Shown here: piece by piece, positions 39,050-52,989 of the stretch
Layout: every line of letters begins with the position of its first letter
Position numbering within the stretch: position 1 is the first letter of the stretch
Assembly (NCBI GenBank): GCA_028534125.1
Contig: CM052818.1
Span: 15,750,001 to 15,814,000, forward strand
Reading direction: 5' to 3'
DNA from: Lama glama
Taxonomy: Eukaryota
DNA: 64,000 nt
Notes under the pieces: generated by a model
What the model saw: the letters and a program-made list of their open reading frames with translations, nothing else
What the model was told of the DNA's origin: nothing
Database searches by the model: none
Translations under genes and position numbers: made by a program

Positions 39050-39525
39050 AAACAAAAAACACTCAACTGGCTTCCCATGGCAGCAGGATTAAAATTCAGA
39101 CTGTTCCCCAGAACCCTCAATTCCTCTATGAAATGGCCCTGCCCACCTCCTCGTCCCCATCTTGCACCGTGGCCCCTACTTGCTGGTGGCCGACTTTGGT
39201 GCTTGATGAACACTCCATGTTTGCTCCTACTTCCCGGCAGTTAGTTTGTGGGCTGTCCCTGCTAGGACACACTGGCCTCAGATTTCAGCATGGCTGACAC
39301 AGGTATCACCTCTGCCAGGAGACTTTCTTTGATCTCTGTTTTTTTTTCTTTGCAGTGCTTCTCATTACCCATGGTCCAGTCTATTTATTCATTTAGGAAC
39401 TTGTCTGAGACCCCTAAGAGAATGTAACCTCCAGGGGAGAAGGGATTCTGTCCATCTCATGCACCAATATATCCCCGAGGCCCAGCCCTGTGCCCAGCAC
39501 ATACATAGTAATTTTTGAAAGAATC
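39050..39525 (+). mobile_element. L2 LINE fragments
   Basis: ctcaactggcttcccat...ggattaaaattcagact; agaatgtaacctccaggggagaagggattctgtc...ccagccctgtgcccagcacata. Confidence 0.65.
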
Positions 39526-42500
39526 AACCAGTATCTTATTTTCATTGTTACTGATTTTAAGCTCCTTTAGGATGAGAACTTTATATATATATATATTTCA
39601 CATTCTCCACAGGGCCCAGGATCAAAGTGTATTATACCTAGGTCATGATCTATAATTGTGCACTGAATGCTGACTATTGAACTAATTAGTCATTAACACT
39701 TCAGATTGAAATACTTTACTAACACCTTTTTAACCGACTTAGGTAACACAAGACAGAGAATCATCTACTATTGTTTTGTCCACAGACACAGCCCTGTGAG
39801 ATCTTCATTAGCTTTCTGGCAGCAAGACTGCTCTCCAGGAAAATACCCACAACTCATTATGCTCATTTCACCTCACCTTCACCAAAGTAAACCAGTCTTC
39901 ATTAAAGATATGAAGCTGAATGCTATCCGAATGATAGAAAATAGCATACAATTTTAGCACTAGTCTATATCTAGGTCATGAAGCTTCATCAATACAAAGC
40001 ATATTAGAGCAAAATCAAATCTGTGATTTTTTTTTTAAAGTTAGTTTCAAAAAAGTACTCCTCCCCCAAAATGCAACAGAACATCCCTTATTGGTCTAGT
40101 TACCTAAGATTCTGCAAGTTAGACTAGTCTATTTTTCCTTTGAAACACTTCCATACTCAAAAGAGATGTGGCACTAGTCATGATTACTTCCTTTTTCCTT
40201 TGAAGCCATGTCTGATGTTCACTGAAGCCCAATATCTATACTTAACATGCTGTTAGAAGTGGTGTTAAGATTGACTCTAAACATATCCCTCTTCAAGAAA
40301 TTCTAAGAACGACCTTGTTTGAAACTGCTGAAGCTACCTCCTCTTGACTGATGGGAATTTCTAACTGTTACGTGCTGTGTTTGTTTGTTTGTTTGTTTTT
40401 TTCGGAGGAGAAGGATCTCTTGAACAAGTTTATGTACTTCTAAGGATATAGAGCATAAATAATACATGTGTTTGCAACCTCTATCAGACCAAATGGTAGC
40501 TGGGAGGAAAGCGGCAGTGTCGGGACGAAGATGCTTTGGGCATGAGGCAATTCGAAGTCCAAACCTGAACTGTATCATCTGATAGTCATGTGATCTGAGG
40601 AATATTAGTTAACTACTCTTAATCTCCATTTCTAATGATAAAAACCAAAGTTAATTATACTTATTTCACATGATTATTATGCATCATTAATGCTATAATA
40701 ATTGAATGGAAACCTTCCTCAATCTAACCAAACTGACTTCATCACCTTCTCTGTCACAACATTGAGTAAAGAGTTGTAACGATGACACTGCCAGGTACTG
40801 AGTTCTTACTGAGAGTCTTAGCACTGTTCTAAGCGTGTCACATACTGCTGATAGTGTACCTACTTTGCTTTTTTTTTTTTAACAGCTTATTTATTCATGT
40901 CTGTGTTTATTCTTTCTTAAACTTGAATTCCTTAAGGACAAGGACCTTCACTCATTCTTCTCTGTATCCAGCAGAGTAAATGGAGCAGATCAATAGTTAG
41001 AATCACTTTCCTCTGGTTTCCTCAATAAATACACCTAGATTAATGTAAGCTGTTTCTGGGTCAGTGGATGTATACCAGACCCCTTCCTCCCAATAAGATT
41101 CCATACTTTCATTTTCAGTAAGAAATGAGTTAAGGCACTTCTGTGATCTTTCTGTGTGAATCAACCTCATGTATTTTCAGACCACAGATAACATCACTAG
41201 AGGAGAGATGAATGGTAGGAAAAACGTCCCTCTTTTCTAATGAGTCACTCGACTGCTGGTCTGTTCTGTAATAGTAAAAGGGAAATTAATGACATTAAGT
41301 GGCTGTTTTCTGTCACCTCTGAATTTTAGATTCAGAAACTGTCAGTAGACTAGAGGAAGGTGGGACAAGAATTAATGATTTTGTCTGAATCACACAAAAC
41401 GGCTTTAGAGCAATTATGGATGTCAAAATGCCCACTATATTATTGAGGCTTCTAAACATCCAAGCCCTCAAGAGGATGGGTCGTCTGACATCACACTGGT
41501 CTGTAAAACGTTGGTTATCTGAGCTGAGCAGTATTAGGCAGAAAAGTGAACTGAAGTTCTGTTTCATGATGAATATACTTGTGAAGAGGCAGATGGAAAG
41601 TAAGTATATGCCTCATTGTGACGAAGTGCATTGTGAAAGAAGGCACACGCACTAGGGAATCTGGGAACCTGAGCAGTCTGAGTTTAAAAAACAAAAAAGA
41701 ACCTCGGCAGCAATTAGAAAAGAGGTCATCAGGAGTCACCTAGAGCATCGGCACGGTGAGGCTGCAGCTAAACCTGCATTTTCTGGGTCCATCCTGCTTC
41801 CTTTTAAAGTCTCAACCAGTAGTTAACATAGGACCAGTACAACAGAGACATTTCCAACACATTCAGCGTTTTTCTTAACTTCCTCTGTATAATATCCAAT
41901 TAAGGCAGATGACTGCTGCTGGGAAAGAGCAGGGAATTTCTCTTATGAGGCTTAAAGCCAGAAAGTTGAAGAGGAAGGACACTGGGGACCCTAAAAGGGG
42001 TGGCCCTGCCCAGGAGCCTTGCCTCCTTGTCTATTCCTCTGACTTACCCCCAGCTTTTGCAGTGGTGATCGCTAGTCTGGGAGGAAAACATCCAAGAAAA
42101 GCGTGAACCCCAGTTCTCTCTCAAGAGTACCTGGGAGAGGCATGGACAAACAGTTTTCTGCAACTTGTTCTTAACATTAATCCTGTCTTACTGCTTTTCT
42201 GTCTTTTCCACCAAATATTATCCCCCTTTCCCTAAATTAGAATTAAAACTCTAACCTGCTTTGGGATTACCACCTGATGAACTCGCTCTATAACCTAGGT
42301 CATTCTTTCACTCTGTATTCCCTCCAGGCTGTACTAATTCTTCCTAACTTGAGACTTACCTCCTTCATGGAATTTCCCCTCTACTGCAGCTCATAGTTCT
42401 GCCTCTACTCAAATTCACAGTAGTTAAAATCTGTATTAGTCACTAATCAACATGAGTACATATTTATTTTTATAATATAAACTGTATTCAATGTATCCTT

Positions 42501-44529
42501 CATATATATTATAGAATATAGATTATCTATAAGCAATAAGATGATATATTTTACAGTGTCATGTATTTTTATTTCATTTTGCTTTGAATTTAGTTTTTTT
42601 CATATAGTTACCATTTCATGTTTTACATAGTTATCATTTTCCAACAAAGATTATGGATTCAATTCTTTGCTTTCCACAGTAGGCTTCTAAACATCCAAGC
42701 CCTTAAGAGGATGGGTGCGAGTGCAATGATTTCTCATTTGTTTATAGCATAAAACCACTTTGTGTGTTTTCCTGTATTATATCTAGACTGTTAATTTCAG
42801 GAAGGTGAAGACACTATTATTTGTGATTCTACCACCCAGAGTGCCTAGGTGTCCATGATCAAATTTGAAAAATGGTTATTGACTGACTGGCAATATGAAC
42901 AGATAATGCAGAAAACAAAGATGGAGAAATTGAAATGAGGAAATTTGAAACATTTTACAGAGGACCTTTGAGAAGATGTTTTCTTCTGCATAGTGATTAT
43001 GCTCTTTGGAAAGCAGAATATCAGCCTGACCTCGGAAAATCATTTCATTTCTAATATTCATTTATTTAAGGTAAAGAAAACAACTGAGGAATGCTGCCTA
43101 TATTCAGAGACCCTGGCAAATGAAATGACACAGGCCAAGTTTACCCCTTTTGGCAACACTGGGGACCTTCCCTCTTTGGAAACTTCTCTACTAGGTTAAA
43201 TGGCTCTTTCCAGAGTAGGGAAATGTTAGAGACTGGTGTTCTCTTAGACTTCAGGCTTTCTCTCCTTCAGCAGCACTTTCTAATACCCTTCTGGACATAT
43301 GTTCTTCACTTAAATGGGTGTGAATATGTTAATTTTGAAAAATGTGTGTCTAAATAGGAAACAGATGGGCACCTTGATGGTATTTTATGGGCAGGGACTT
43401 CTCAGCAGTTGCCTTCCTACTGACCCATGCTTTATCTTCCTTATCTGTTTACCTGCCAGCGTGTTCAAAATGGAAAGGTTGGTCAGTTTCAGAGAAAATA
43501 CAAACTATTTATTCTCTGGTTTTCTAGTCTCTGCCCGCATAGCGGCAGGTACTGTTGGACTAGCAGTGGTGTAGGGGAGCAAACACTGCTGTTGGGGTCA
43601 GAAGGCCTACATTTAATCTTAGCTCCAAAAATTGTTAGCACTGTGACCTTGAGCAAGTAATTAAATCTCATTTCATTCAATAAATGAGCCCTCCTTGTAT
43701 CAGATATTGTGTTAGACTCTGAGGATAGGGAAATGAGTACAAGATTGCCCAGATTTTCATTTGTACTTTTCTGTCTATTGGGGAACATAGCTGAGTAACA
43801 GGCAATTAAAATGCCTAACTCTATTTCACTGCTGTTTTTACTATAATAATAAACATGAAAGTAGCCCAGTAAACTGTAAAGGATTATATAAATACATGGG
43901 ATTATTTTATTGTAGTTTATTCCATAGGCACACATAATTTTGCTAGTTTAGAAATCTTGGATCCAAAGGCCTAAAATATCAAAGAAAAGTTTCTGACTGA
44001 GACAAATTTCTGCACTAGAGTGACAAGATCGAACGAAATCTCATTTAAGTTATCAGGTTCACTAACAAACACCCCACCCCCTTGTAACTTTAGCCTGAAG
44101 GGATTCACTTTTAGGTCAGATTCTCTGCCTTGTTTACCAATGACATGAAATAAAAATCTGTACAATGGATTTCATGATTATTCCAAATAGTCTCTGCCTC
44201 TCTTTCTGGGGCGATTATACTTTCCTGCCCCATTGGTACCAGGCTTGATTCTTAACTTGCTTTGGCCAGTCAAATGTGAGAATTGATGGATGTCACTTCT
44301 GAGCAGTTGTTGAAGAGCTATTGATGGATAGATGGATTCTAGCATCTTTTTCCCCTCTGCCAAAACACCCTGTCACCTAGGTGAAGAAATAAACACCCTA
44401 CAGATAAGTTAGCAGAATTAGCAAGTGGATTAAGAAAAGTTGCTTTAGAACCAAGCCAATATGAAATTTAATTACATTTAGATACCAGTAACACCAAGTA
44501 AGAAAAGGAAAATTTTTTTTAATGTTTCT

Positions 44530-44780
44530 AAATTTAAAGGGAAAACCTTTTCAACATTTCAGGATTAAATGTAAGATTTTTTAATGTTGTATAGATGTCC
44601 TTTTTACATATTAAAGATGTTCACTTCTATTCCTAGTGTGAGGGGTTTAATTGTGGATTGATGTGGCATTTATCAAGTGATTTTTCTGCATATATTAAGA
44701 TGAATTATGTGATTTTTCTCCCTCATTCTGTTAATGTGGTAAATTACATTGATTGATTGAGATGTTAAACCAACCAGCTT
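44530..44780 (-). mobile_element. Old L1 ORF2 fragment
   Basis: tttaaagggaaaaccttttcaacatttc...ttctattcctagt...tttttctgcatatattaagatga...ttgagatgttaaaccaacc. Confidence 0.75.
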
Positions 44781-44784
44781 AAAC

Positions 44785-44945
44785 ATCTGTAAACTCCTAT
44801 GAAGGATGTACTATTGTTATGCCTGTTTCATACAGAAAGAAACTGAGGCACAGAGACACCAGTGATTGTCCTGAAGTCACACAGCTGTTAAGTAGTGAAG
44901 CCAGAATTTGAACCCAAATAGCCTGACTGGAGAGGTTCTGCACTT
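44785..44945 (-). mobile_element. MIR SINE
   Basis: gaaactgaggcacagaga...gaagtcacacagctgttaagtagtgaagccagaatttgaaccca. Confidence 0.85.
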
Positions 44946-45244
44946 ATCCATGGAGTTTACTACCACTTATAACCCTGGCACTGTATCAATTTTTATTCAA
45001 TCATAAGAAAATGGAGTTACGTCTATAAGCTAGTTACAGAAAGTCTATTCATGAACCTGAAAAAACATATGGTAAGAAGACTATGTATATTTGTGAAAAC
45101 TACATCTATTAAAATATAGCATTACCTCCCTACATATTTTAGTTAACATACTAAGAAGCTAGTATATCCTTCCAATTTGCAAAATGACAAGATGGAGAAT
45201 GTTCTAAATGTAAATGAATATTGAAGTCATTATTGGTATTTTAT

Positions 45245-45728
45245 CTATCTAGTTCTGGGTGAACATTGCTCTATAATTAGTGGCTTAAATGACAAACATT
45301 TATTGTCTAATAGTTTCAATGGGTCAGGAATTCAAGAAGGGCCTAGTCCAGGAGTTCTGGGTTGGAGCCCTTACTAAGGTTGGTGTCATCTGAAGGCTTC
45401 CCTGGGACTAGAGGATCTGCTCCCAAGATGGCCTCACCCACTTGCTGCGGACAATAAGTCTCAGTTTCTGACTCTATGGGCCCCTGCATAGGGCTGCTAG
45501 AGCGTCCTAACAAGGCAGCTGACTTTCCCTTGAGAAAGTGATCCAAGTTAAAGAGCAATCAAGACAGAAGCCACTGTGTTGTTCTTCTGCCCCAGTTTCC
45601 ACACATGATAACTTCTGCTTTATTCTCTTCATTAGAAGCATCACTACCTCCAGCCTATACTCAAGGGAGCCACCACCTTTTGAAGGAGGGAGTACCAAAG
45701 GATTTGATGTATTTGAAAAACTCCACAG
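45245..45728 (-). mobile_element. MaLR LTR, MLT1F/G-like
   Basis: ttagtggcttaaatgacaaacatttatt...gggtcaggaattc...catctgaaggct...ggatctgctcccaagatggc...ttgaaggagggagtaccaaagga. Confidence 0.85.
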
Positions 45729-47299
45729 TGGGCAAATGTTTAATTAAAAAATAACCCATCTGTTTTAGACCTCTCAACTCATTCCCATTATGGTCACTGA
45801 GAAATCTGTCTCTCGGTTACTCAGGTGAGGGAGTCAGTTGCTAAAAGGTTAATGTCATTTTGGTTTGTGAATTTTTTTTAATTTGGTAGTTGGCATTTTT
45901 AGAGAACTATGGGAGAAAGGAAACTTGGATATATTTGAGATTCAGCACAGAATGCAGTTCATTTAAATAAAGGATTGAGTATTAATTTATTACTTCCTTC
46001 TCAGTTCAACTTTTTCTCAATTGCAACTAAGAAACTACCAATTTATGACAGAAAGATCTACTCTGTTAACCACTGCAAATGTAAACTTTTCCCAAATTCC
46101 AGCAGCCTGAAGAACGTTACTTGTATCAATTGACAAGTATTATTTTTATTTGAGAAAAATAGCCATTTTCCAAACCAAAAACTATTTTTCAAAGGGATAT
46201 TACATTGGAAAAAGAGAGGAATGGCAATTTTCCACCTGTGAAAATTACCTGTCATTGGTATGAAGAGATATGATGTTTGAACAGAAAACATTTATTTCAA
46301 CATTTTCCCCAGGTGGAGAATATTTTCTTCCATCCCATCCTTAAAACTTAATCCACATCAAGAACTCTAGGCACCTAGGAAATCATCTCTTGTCTATCCT
46401 AGACTTGTTTTAAGACATGCAGACTTCCTAATTGTCATAATCAGATTTCTCCTAAAAGTTAATACTGTTGATAGAGCCTTATCTCACTCAAATGGGTAGT
46501 TGAAACTCCCCAAGAAAAGTCAAAACACATAGCCCTGAACAATGTAAAAGAATGTTTCCTTGACAAATCCTAAACTGTAAGCATGCCAAAAATTTTGAGA
46601 ATGGAAAAGTACATTAAATAGCTTCATATTAAATATATCTACTTATAATAAAAAGCGAATGGTGCATAATAGAAAAAATATGACAAGGATGAATGCCCAG
46701 CTGGTTCAGTTTTCAGAGTTTTAATTTAAATTGGACCACGTTGATAGCTAAGGTTTAGGACAGAAACAAAATTTGACCATTTGACAAAATTTGACAAAAT
46801 TAGATTTGAAACAAAATCTAACTGAAGGGAAACACCTGTCATTCTCTCCCTTTGCATTGTGGCTTACAGGAAAAGAATGCCTCGAGCAAAAGCTATTCTT
46901 AGCTTCCTTGGGCCACTGTAAAGTCAACGATAGATTCTTGTTAGGAATTTTTGAAGTGTCATAAGAACATTTTAGACAGAAAAACAGATTTTTTTTCTCC
47001 TTTAAAGCATCTTCCTATGTGTCACTGTGTTCCAATCTTGAAAGTAATGGAATGAGATCAGTATCGCATTTCTTCCATCACTTCAACTTTGCCTCTGTCA
47101 TTAATCTCTGTAAGAGACACTACTTTAAATACAGAAAGCTTCAGAAAAGATGCCCCTTGACTAAGCACATAATCGCAGACTTGGGTTTCCAGTTACCCAG
47201 TTAACCAATATATTGTATGCCCAAAAGAGAAGATCACAAGATTCACACAGTATGTACAAGATTAGCTGTAGGTGACCTTGAGGCAATTTAGTGCATTGA

Positions 47300-48098
47300 A
47301 TTAAGTCTCAACAATGACCCTATTGCCCTCTGGAGTGCATTTGGTAGAATCCTTGAGAAGGTTTTGGTTATCAAAAGTTTTTTTTTTTTTTTTTTTTTTT
47401 GGAGAGAGAGAGAAAAGGCTGGGAGGTTCTACTGACATTTAATAGGCAAGGGCTAGAGATTTTCATCTTTCTGAAATTCACCAGAGAGTCCCTTACAAAG
47501 AAGAACAGAAAAGTATTCTGCATGGCTTTTGAATTGCCCAACAGATAAATGAAATACTTGTTTACAGTTATCAGAGTTCAGAATCTAACTCCATTTTACA
47601 TAGACACAATGTAACTTTTGCAAAATTTTAATGCATACTGAATTTTCCAGAATTGCAACTACAATATAAATCAAGGGGAAAACATTGATCTGTTTGGTTC
47701 ATAAGCAGATTAAGAGTTTCACCTTTGGAAAAGCCATATCCTGGACTGCAGTGCTGGCTGCAGTACACAAGTTGCCTACACGACACATCTGTGCCAAGGC
47801 TCATTTGAAGCATTGGCATTCAGTGATTTCTAAGGTTAATTATAGGTACAAGCAACTGGCTACTTAAATGTATCTTCTAGTGTGGTGGTAACTGGGTGTT
47901 TAGACACCAAATAATGTGCTGGTTATTGTTTTTAGTTTAAATTACTTTCCTTTTTTATATATCTTTTACTTCATTACTGTTGGGAATAGTTTTATTTTTT
48001 GAAATAGATTATATTATGAATAGAATTTCAAGATAGTACAGGGAGGTTCAAAATATTTGTTATAAACAATGAGATTGAATCAAGGAATGAACCATTGA
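47300..48098 (+). mobile_element. MER20B-like hAT-Charlie element, with an internal T23 run at 47378-47400
   Basis: MER20-like 5' part (ttttggttatca...tactgacatttaataggcaagggctagagat; acaaagaagaa), long internal region, degenerate terminus gaaccattg; about 800 bp. Confidence 0.7.
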
Positions 48099-48399
48099 TG
48101 AAGAATGGGAGTTTAGTTCCATTTAAAATTCACCTCGATTTAAAACCTCAATCTACCACGTATAAGTGCTATGTCCGAGCGAAATGTCCTTAACTTCACT
48201 GCTCCTCTCTTTCCTCAACTGTCAAACACCGATAATAGTGACCTCAGAAAGTTGTGGTCAAGATGAAATGACATACTGCTTGTCAAGTCCTGGCTTAAAA
48301 CTGACTGTTTAAAAATAAGTAGTAACCTTGACTATGTGCCCCTTGATGAGACTTAGAGAACATTTATCTATTCACTTCTTGGTTCAGCTGAAGAAGTCA

Positions 48400-48567
48400 G
48401 AACAAGAGAAGGTACCTAAGTCTACAATTGCACACACACTCGTCCAGGTCTGTATTACAATCTGAGAAATTCTGGCTCATTTTGTCTCGATTGGGGCATA
48501 GGCAGAAGTCCACACTAAAAAATTTCCCTGGGTGATCTAATGAGCAGTCAGGTTTGAGAATCACTGC
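48400..48567. mobile_element. MER5A-like hAT MITE
   Basis: Ends tccctgggtgatctaatgagcagtcaggtttgagaatcactg. Confidence 0.7.
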
Positions 48568-49029
48568 ACCAAAACTACTCACCTGACTGGAGGAGCAGAG
48601 AACAGTCAACAGTCTGCAGATGCAGGATCACATGGTTAGAAGTACAGCTTTCACAGAATGTAGTGAAGTAATATATTTAAGAACATTCAGATCTATTGTA
48701 AGTATATGAGGGATGATAAGAAGTTATTCTCCATCCTAGATTCTTCAAATATTTGGGTGAGGAAATGAATTATCTTTTGGAATGCTCCCATAGTAACTGG
48801 AATATTATGTCACACGGGATGGTGTTCTCTGGTGTCCGTTCTGGTGTACTGCAATATTTATTAACTGCAATTTGGTTAAATTTGATCTCAATATAATCTC
48901 TCTCATAAAACTTCTAAAGCAATTCCCTCCTTTCTTTTATCTTTGATAAATTCAAATTACCTCATACTTTAAAATCTTTTTCCTGCTCTTAAGAAAGCAA
49001 AGTGGCTTCCTAAAGTGTACAATTTAAGA

Positions 49030-49064
49030 ATATATATATATGTGTATATATATATATATATATA
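49030..49064. repeat. (TA)n microsatellite with a TG interruption
   Basis: Read directly. Confidence 0.95.
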
Positions 49065-52000
49065 AAATATATTCACTTCTAAAAATACTCTTGGAGTTGA
49101 TTTCTTAGCCAGCAAGAATTAAAGGTCAACACTTCATTCCCTAATCCTTCCATCTGTAGGTAATTTACAACAAATGTAAAAATCTTCTTCAGTTTGTGGC
49201 CAGATTGCTGCAGAAGCCCGTTTTTCCCAGTCATCAGTTTAATAACAAACTCTGTCTGGTACTCAGGAAGCCAACAATGAGAAGCTAAATTTGTGTCTGC
49301 GAACAGATGTTTTCAGCCGGGAAAGCACTGATGCACTTCATGCAATCTTTTTCCGAGCACATCACAGACTTTTTTTAAGCTCTGATCCATATTCACAGGC
49401 TCTGTAACCGAAATGTGAAGGAAAACAACGCCAGGAAGAAAGCCCATCGTGCGGGTGATGCTTCACGGCACTGACTGCAGCCGGCAAGGAAAGCCGAGTA
49501 TCAGCCGTCTGCCACTCATCAGTGAGTTGTTTTGATTTGTTTTTAATCCAAGCAGATTCACTGGGATACGTGAAAGACTGAGTATATATGGTAGAGGATG
49601 CCAACACATCCTACAGAGATGGCTTAGGACAGCACGGTCAACATTAAGCTTTTAAAGAATTCAAAGCAGAGTTAATAAGTATTTTAAATCTGAGAAGTGG
49701 GAAAAGAAAGATGAGAAAATTCTGTGTCTATTCTATTGTATTTATAGCGTCTTTTTTTTTTTTTAAGGGGAGGGAGAGTTTGCTGTGTTATCTGGTCACA
49801 TCTAAGAGGTCCATAAAGTGGTGCAGCTCTGTGAAGTGTAATTCTAGCAAAGCAATAATTTCTTTCACAGTCTGTATTTCTCCGCGGAGTACAACTCAAA
49901 TGTTCTATCAATAAAATAGCATGCAAGAAACACCATTTCACCTCTCAAGCACTAAACTAGAACAAATATTTATTTGGTGATATGGACCGCAAATTTTCAT
50001 CTGGTAAAATAAACCATGGATAAATACCTACAATGAATTGGTTCCAAGAATCTCTGGAGATTTAAAAGTACTTTCTACAAATTACTTCATCAATCTCCAG
50101 AAAAATCCTTAAAGACTTCTATGCCCATTTTATAGGGAAGATGTAAAGTAAAATATACAGAGGCAAGAGTTTGACTGGCCAGGGTACAGCAGAAGTTGAT
50201 GGGATTTTGTTAGTCTTGAGTCTCATTTTTAGTCCCTGAGTATCAGGCTTGAGGGACCTGAGTCTGTCTACCTTGGCCATACTTTCTGGTCACATATGAT
50301 ACTAGTACATTCATTAGAAGCAGTTTGTGGAGACTTTAGAGACCTCTAATAAAGTCTCCTGAGTTGTGAGTCAGTGCTCCTTGTATCAGTATTGTTGCAT
50401 TTACATCTTCTTTCTATATCATTCAGTCTTGTGCCATATGGAACTATTTTTAATACCTGTTTTACACATCCTGGTAGAGTATGGTGGAATATGAAATCAA
50501 GAGATTGACCAGTTTTCATATAAATCTATGCAAACTAGTAATGTGTTTATTGTTGTCCTTGTGTAGATACAGTGGAAAGGTTAAGAGCAACATGGCAAAG
50601 TGGTAGGGAGAAGGACCTTGAAAGCTCACCTGGGTACAAGGTCTATTTTCAGTGTTTATTAGCTTATAGTCCTGGGAAAGTGCAACAGAAAGGCTTCTGT
50701 TCTGTCTCATCCACATCTCATCTAACCTTACAAATGAAGTTCAAGTTGAGCCATGTTTATGCTAGTCATTTACACAAAATAGGTGAGGGAAGTCTATTTG
50801 TTGAGTAGTGAAAGCAAAGAAGAAAGTGAAAACATATCTAACAGTTGTATCTCCTTGGCTTCTTTACTCCTAAGTCTTAGTCGGAAGACTGGGAGTGTGC
50901 TGAGAGATTCATCTTTATTGGTTTACCTTCTTAATTTTTTCTAGTGAGACAATATTGCCAAGTTTTTGTATCAGAAGATTCTTCTTGTTAGGTCTACCTA
51001 GCTAGAAAAAATTTATCTGTACTTTATTACATATTTTAGTAAAAATATATACATAAGCATAAATGTATCAGTATTGCTTTTGTATTTGTCCAAGGGAAAT
51101 AATCAAGACAATATTATGTGGAAATTTCTCCCTGCTGTAGACTGTCATTTGCTTTCCTCTTTCCTCATGGACTCTCTGTCCCCAAGGAGGAGGATAATCA
51201 TGAACATACCTTTAAGAAATTCACTTGAGAGTGAGTCATCTCCCAAAACTTCAGTTTCTTCACCTGTAACCAGGATAAACTACTGATCTCATCAGGTGCT
51301 TGGGAGGATTAAATGAGACAATGAACACTAACTACAGTAATGGATAGATAGCAAATACTCCATAAATGCAAGCTTATATCATTATTTCCTTCATCACCAG
51401 TACCACTCCATCTGACACCTTCACTTTGCATCTCCAGATCTATTTCCACCCTTTGATATCCTGCCTGTTGCCCTCAGGGACTGACCTTGCCTCTGGCTTC
51501 AGGTTTGGGTCCACCAACAAGGAACTCTAAAAGGAGGTCAGAGGAAGACCACCTTATATCTCTCTCACATCCTTAGAAATAAACCGTTTTTGAATAATTT
51601 TGAGTGTGCCACCCATTTCCTAATGGGACTTTACCTTATAAATTTTATTTGTCATCTTCATCAGAATGTTTAACATTCTAAAGGAACCATTACTTAGACA
51701 ATTAGCTTAATTTACACATTTTCATCCACATATATCATTTGTAGAAGTCCAACTGAGTAAAATTTGCTTCTTCTCAGACTCAATTATCACCTAAGCCTAA
51801 ATCATGATTTCAGCCAAGCAAGAAATAGAGGTACTTTAGCTGATGTTCAGAAGGGTACAGTTTTTGTAAGTGTTGAAAATGAGATTTAATATGGGCCTTT
51901 AAACTGATAAGCATTCTCCCTTAATAGCTTCTTTTCAAATGCCTAATATGGCCATTTCCATTGTTCATTTTAGGTGCTTAAAGATAATGACAATTCATTC

Positions 52001-52989
52001 TCTGTATCCCACTCAAAATATTGATGCTACAAAGCTTCTTAAAAGCCTGTTTTTTTTTTCATTCTGGATTTCTAACTTTTTTTACTTCTAGAAAATATTT
52101 TCACCTGTTGTGACATTTTTCTAATAACATTTACCTATTGATACCATTCTCTGTATCTTATCTCACATGAAAGGAACAGTCCTGGAGAAGAAATCAAGAA
52201 ACTTAATTTCCAGCTGTGACTCTTCTAGTCTGTTGTAGACTTCTAGTCTAGTCTAGTGCTCCTTCCCGTGCTGTGTCTCAGTGTTCCCACCTGTTAAAGT
52301 GTTTTATGACATACATAAAATAGCATCCTCAGACTATTTTAAAAATAATATAAGATAATATAGGTGAAAATGCTTTCAATGTTACAAATGTCAGCATTTC
52401 TGTAATTACACAGTTTATCACATGAACATATTTTACTTTATTTGTGTGAGAAAAGAACTGTACTGTATTTTACATAAGTACACTGATAAAATTTCATGTA
52501 TCTGCACTCACAGAAAGAAAAAGTGACCCATACACATGTAACCTGACAGAATTTTTGTTTGTGGGACATGCTTACTCCTCTAAAAAGAGATTTGCTAAGA
52601 GTTACGCATTACAGCTCTAGAGTAAATTTTCTTCATTCCTGGTTCTGGCTTCTCATTGTTTCCAAGAGAAAACAAAAAGATATAAACAGGTCAGTGTGAA
52701 AGATCAGAGAAGACCCTAAGAAGTGGTAGGTCAATAGACAAAGCTACAAATATTTTTCTCTACAATTGCTGCACCTGAATCTGTAACAGAGGGTATAATA
52801 CACCCAGTTAACAGAACCAGAGGAAAATACCAAGAAAAATATGCCCAATTTTGACTTCAGTTGGAACAAAAGAGTCAATTCATATAGAAAACGAATATAC
52901 ATTATATTTCTAAGTTCACAAATACAAGCATGAAATTCATGTATATTTGGGTTCAATGTTGACCTCTAGAAGCCCCAATGTCCCGATTT

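Noticed and set aside
38774..39244. 156-aa ORF, the longest without Ns
   Set aside because: Its 3' half runs through L2 remnants and the peptide is not recognisable.
47378..47417. T23 run as a tail-only retro-insertion in MER20B
   Set aside because: The only possible TSD is 5 bp of low complexity (aaaag); homopolymer expansion explains it equally well.
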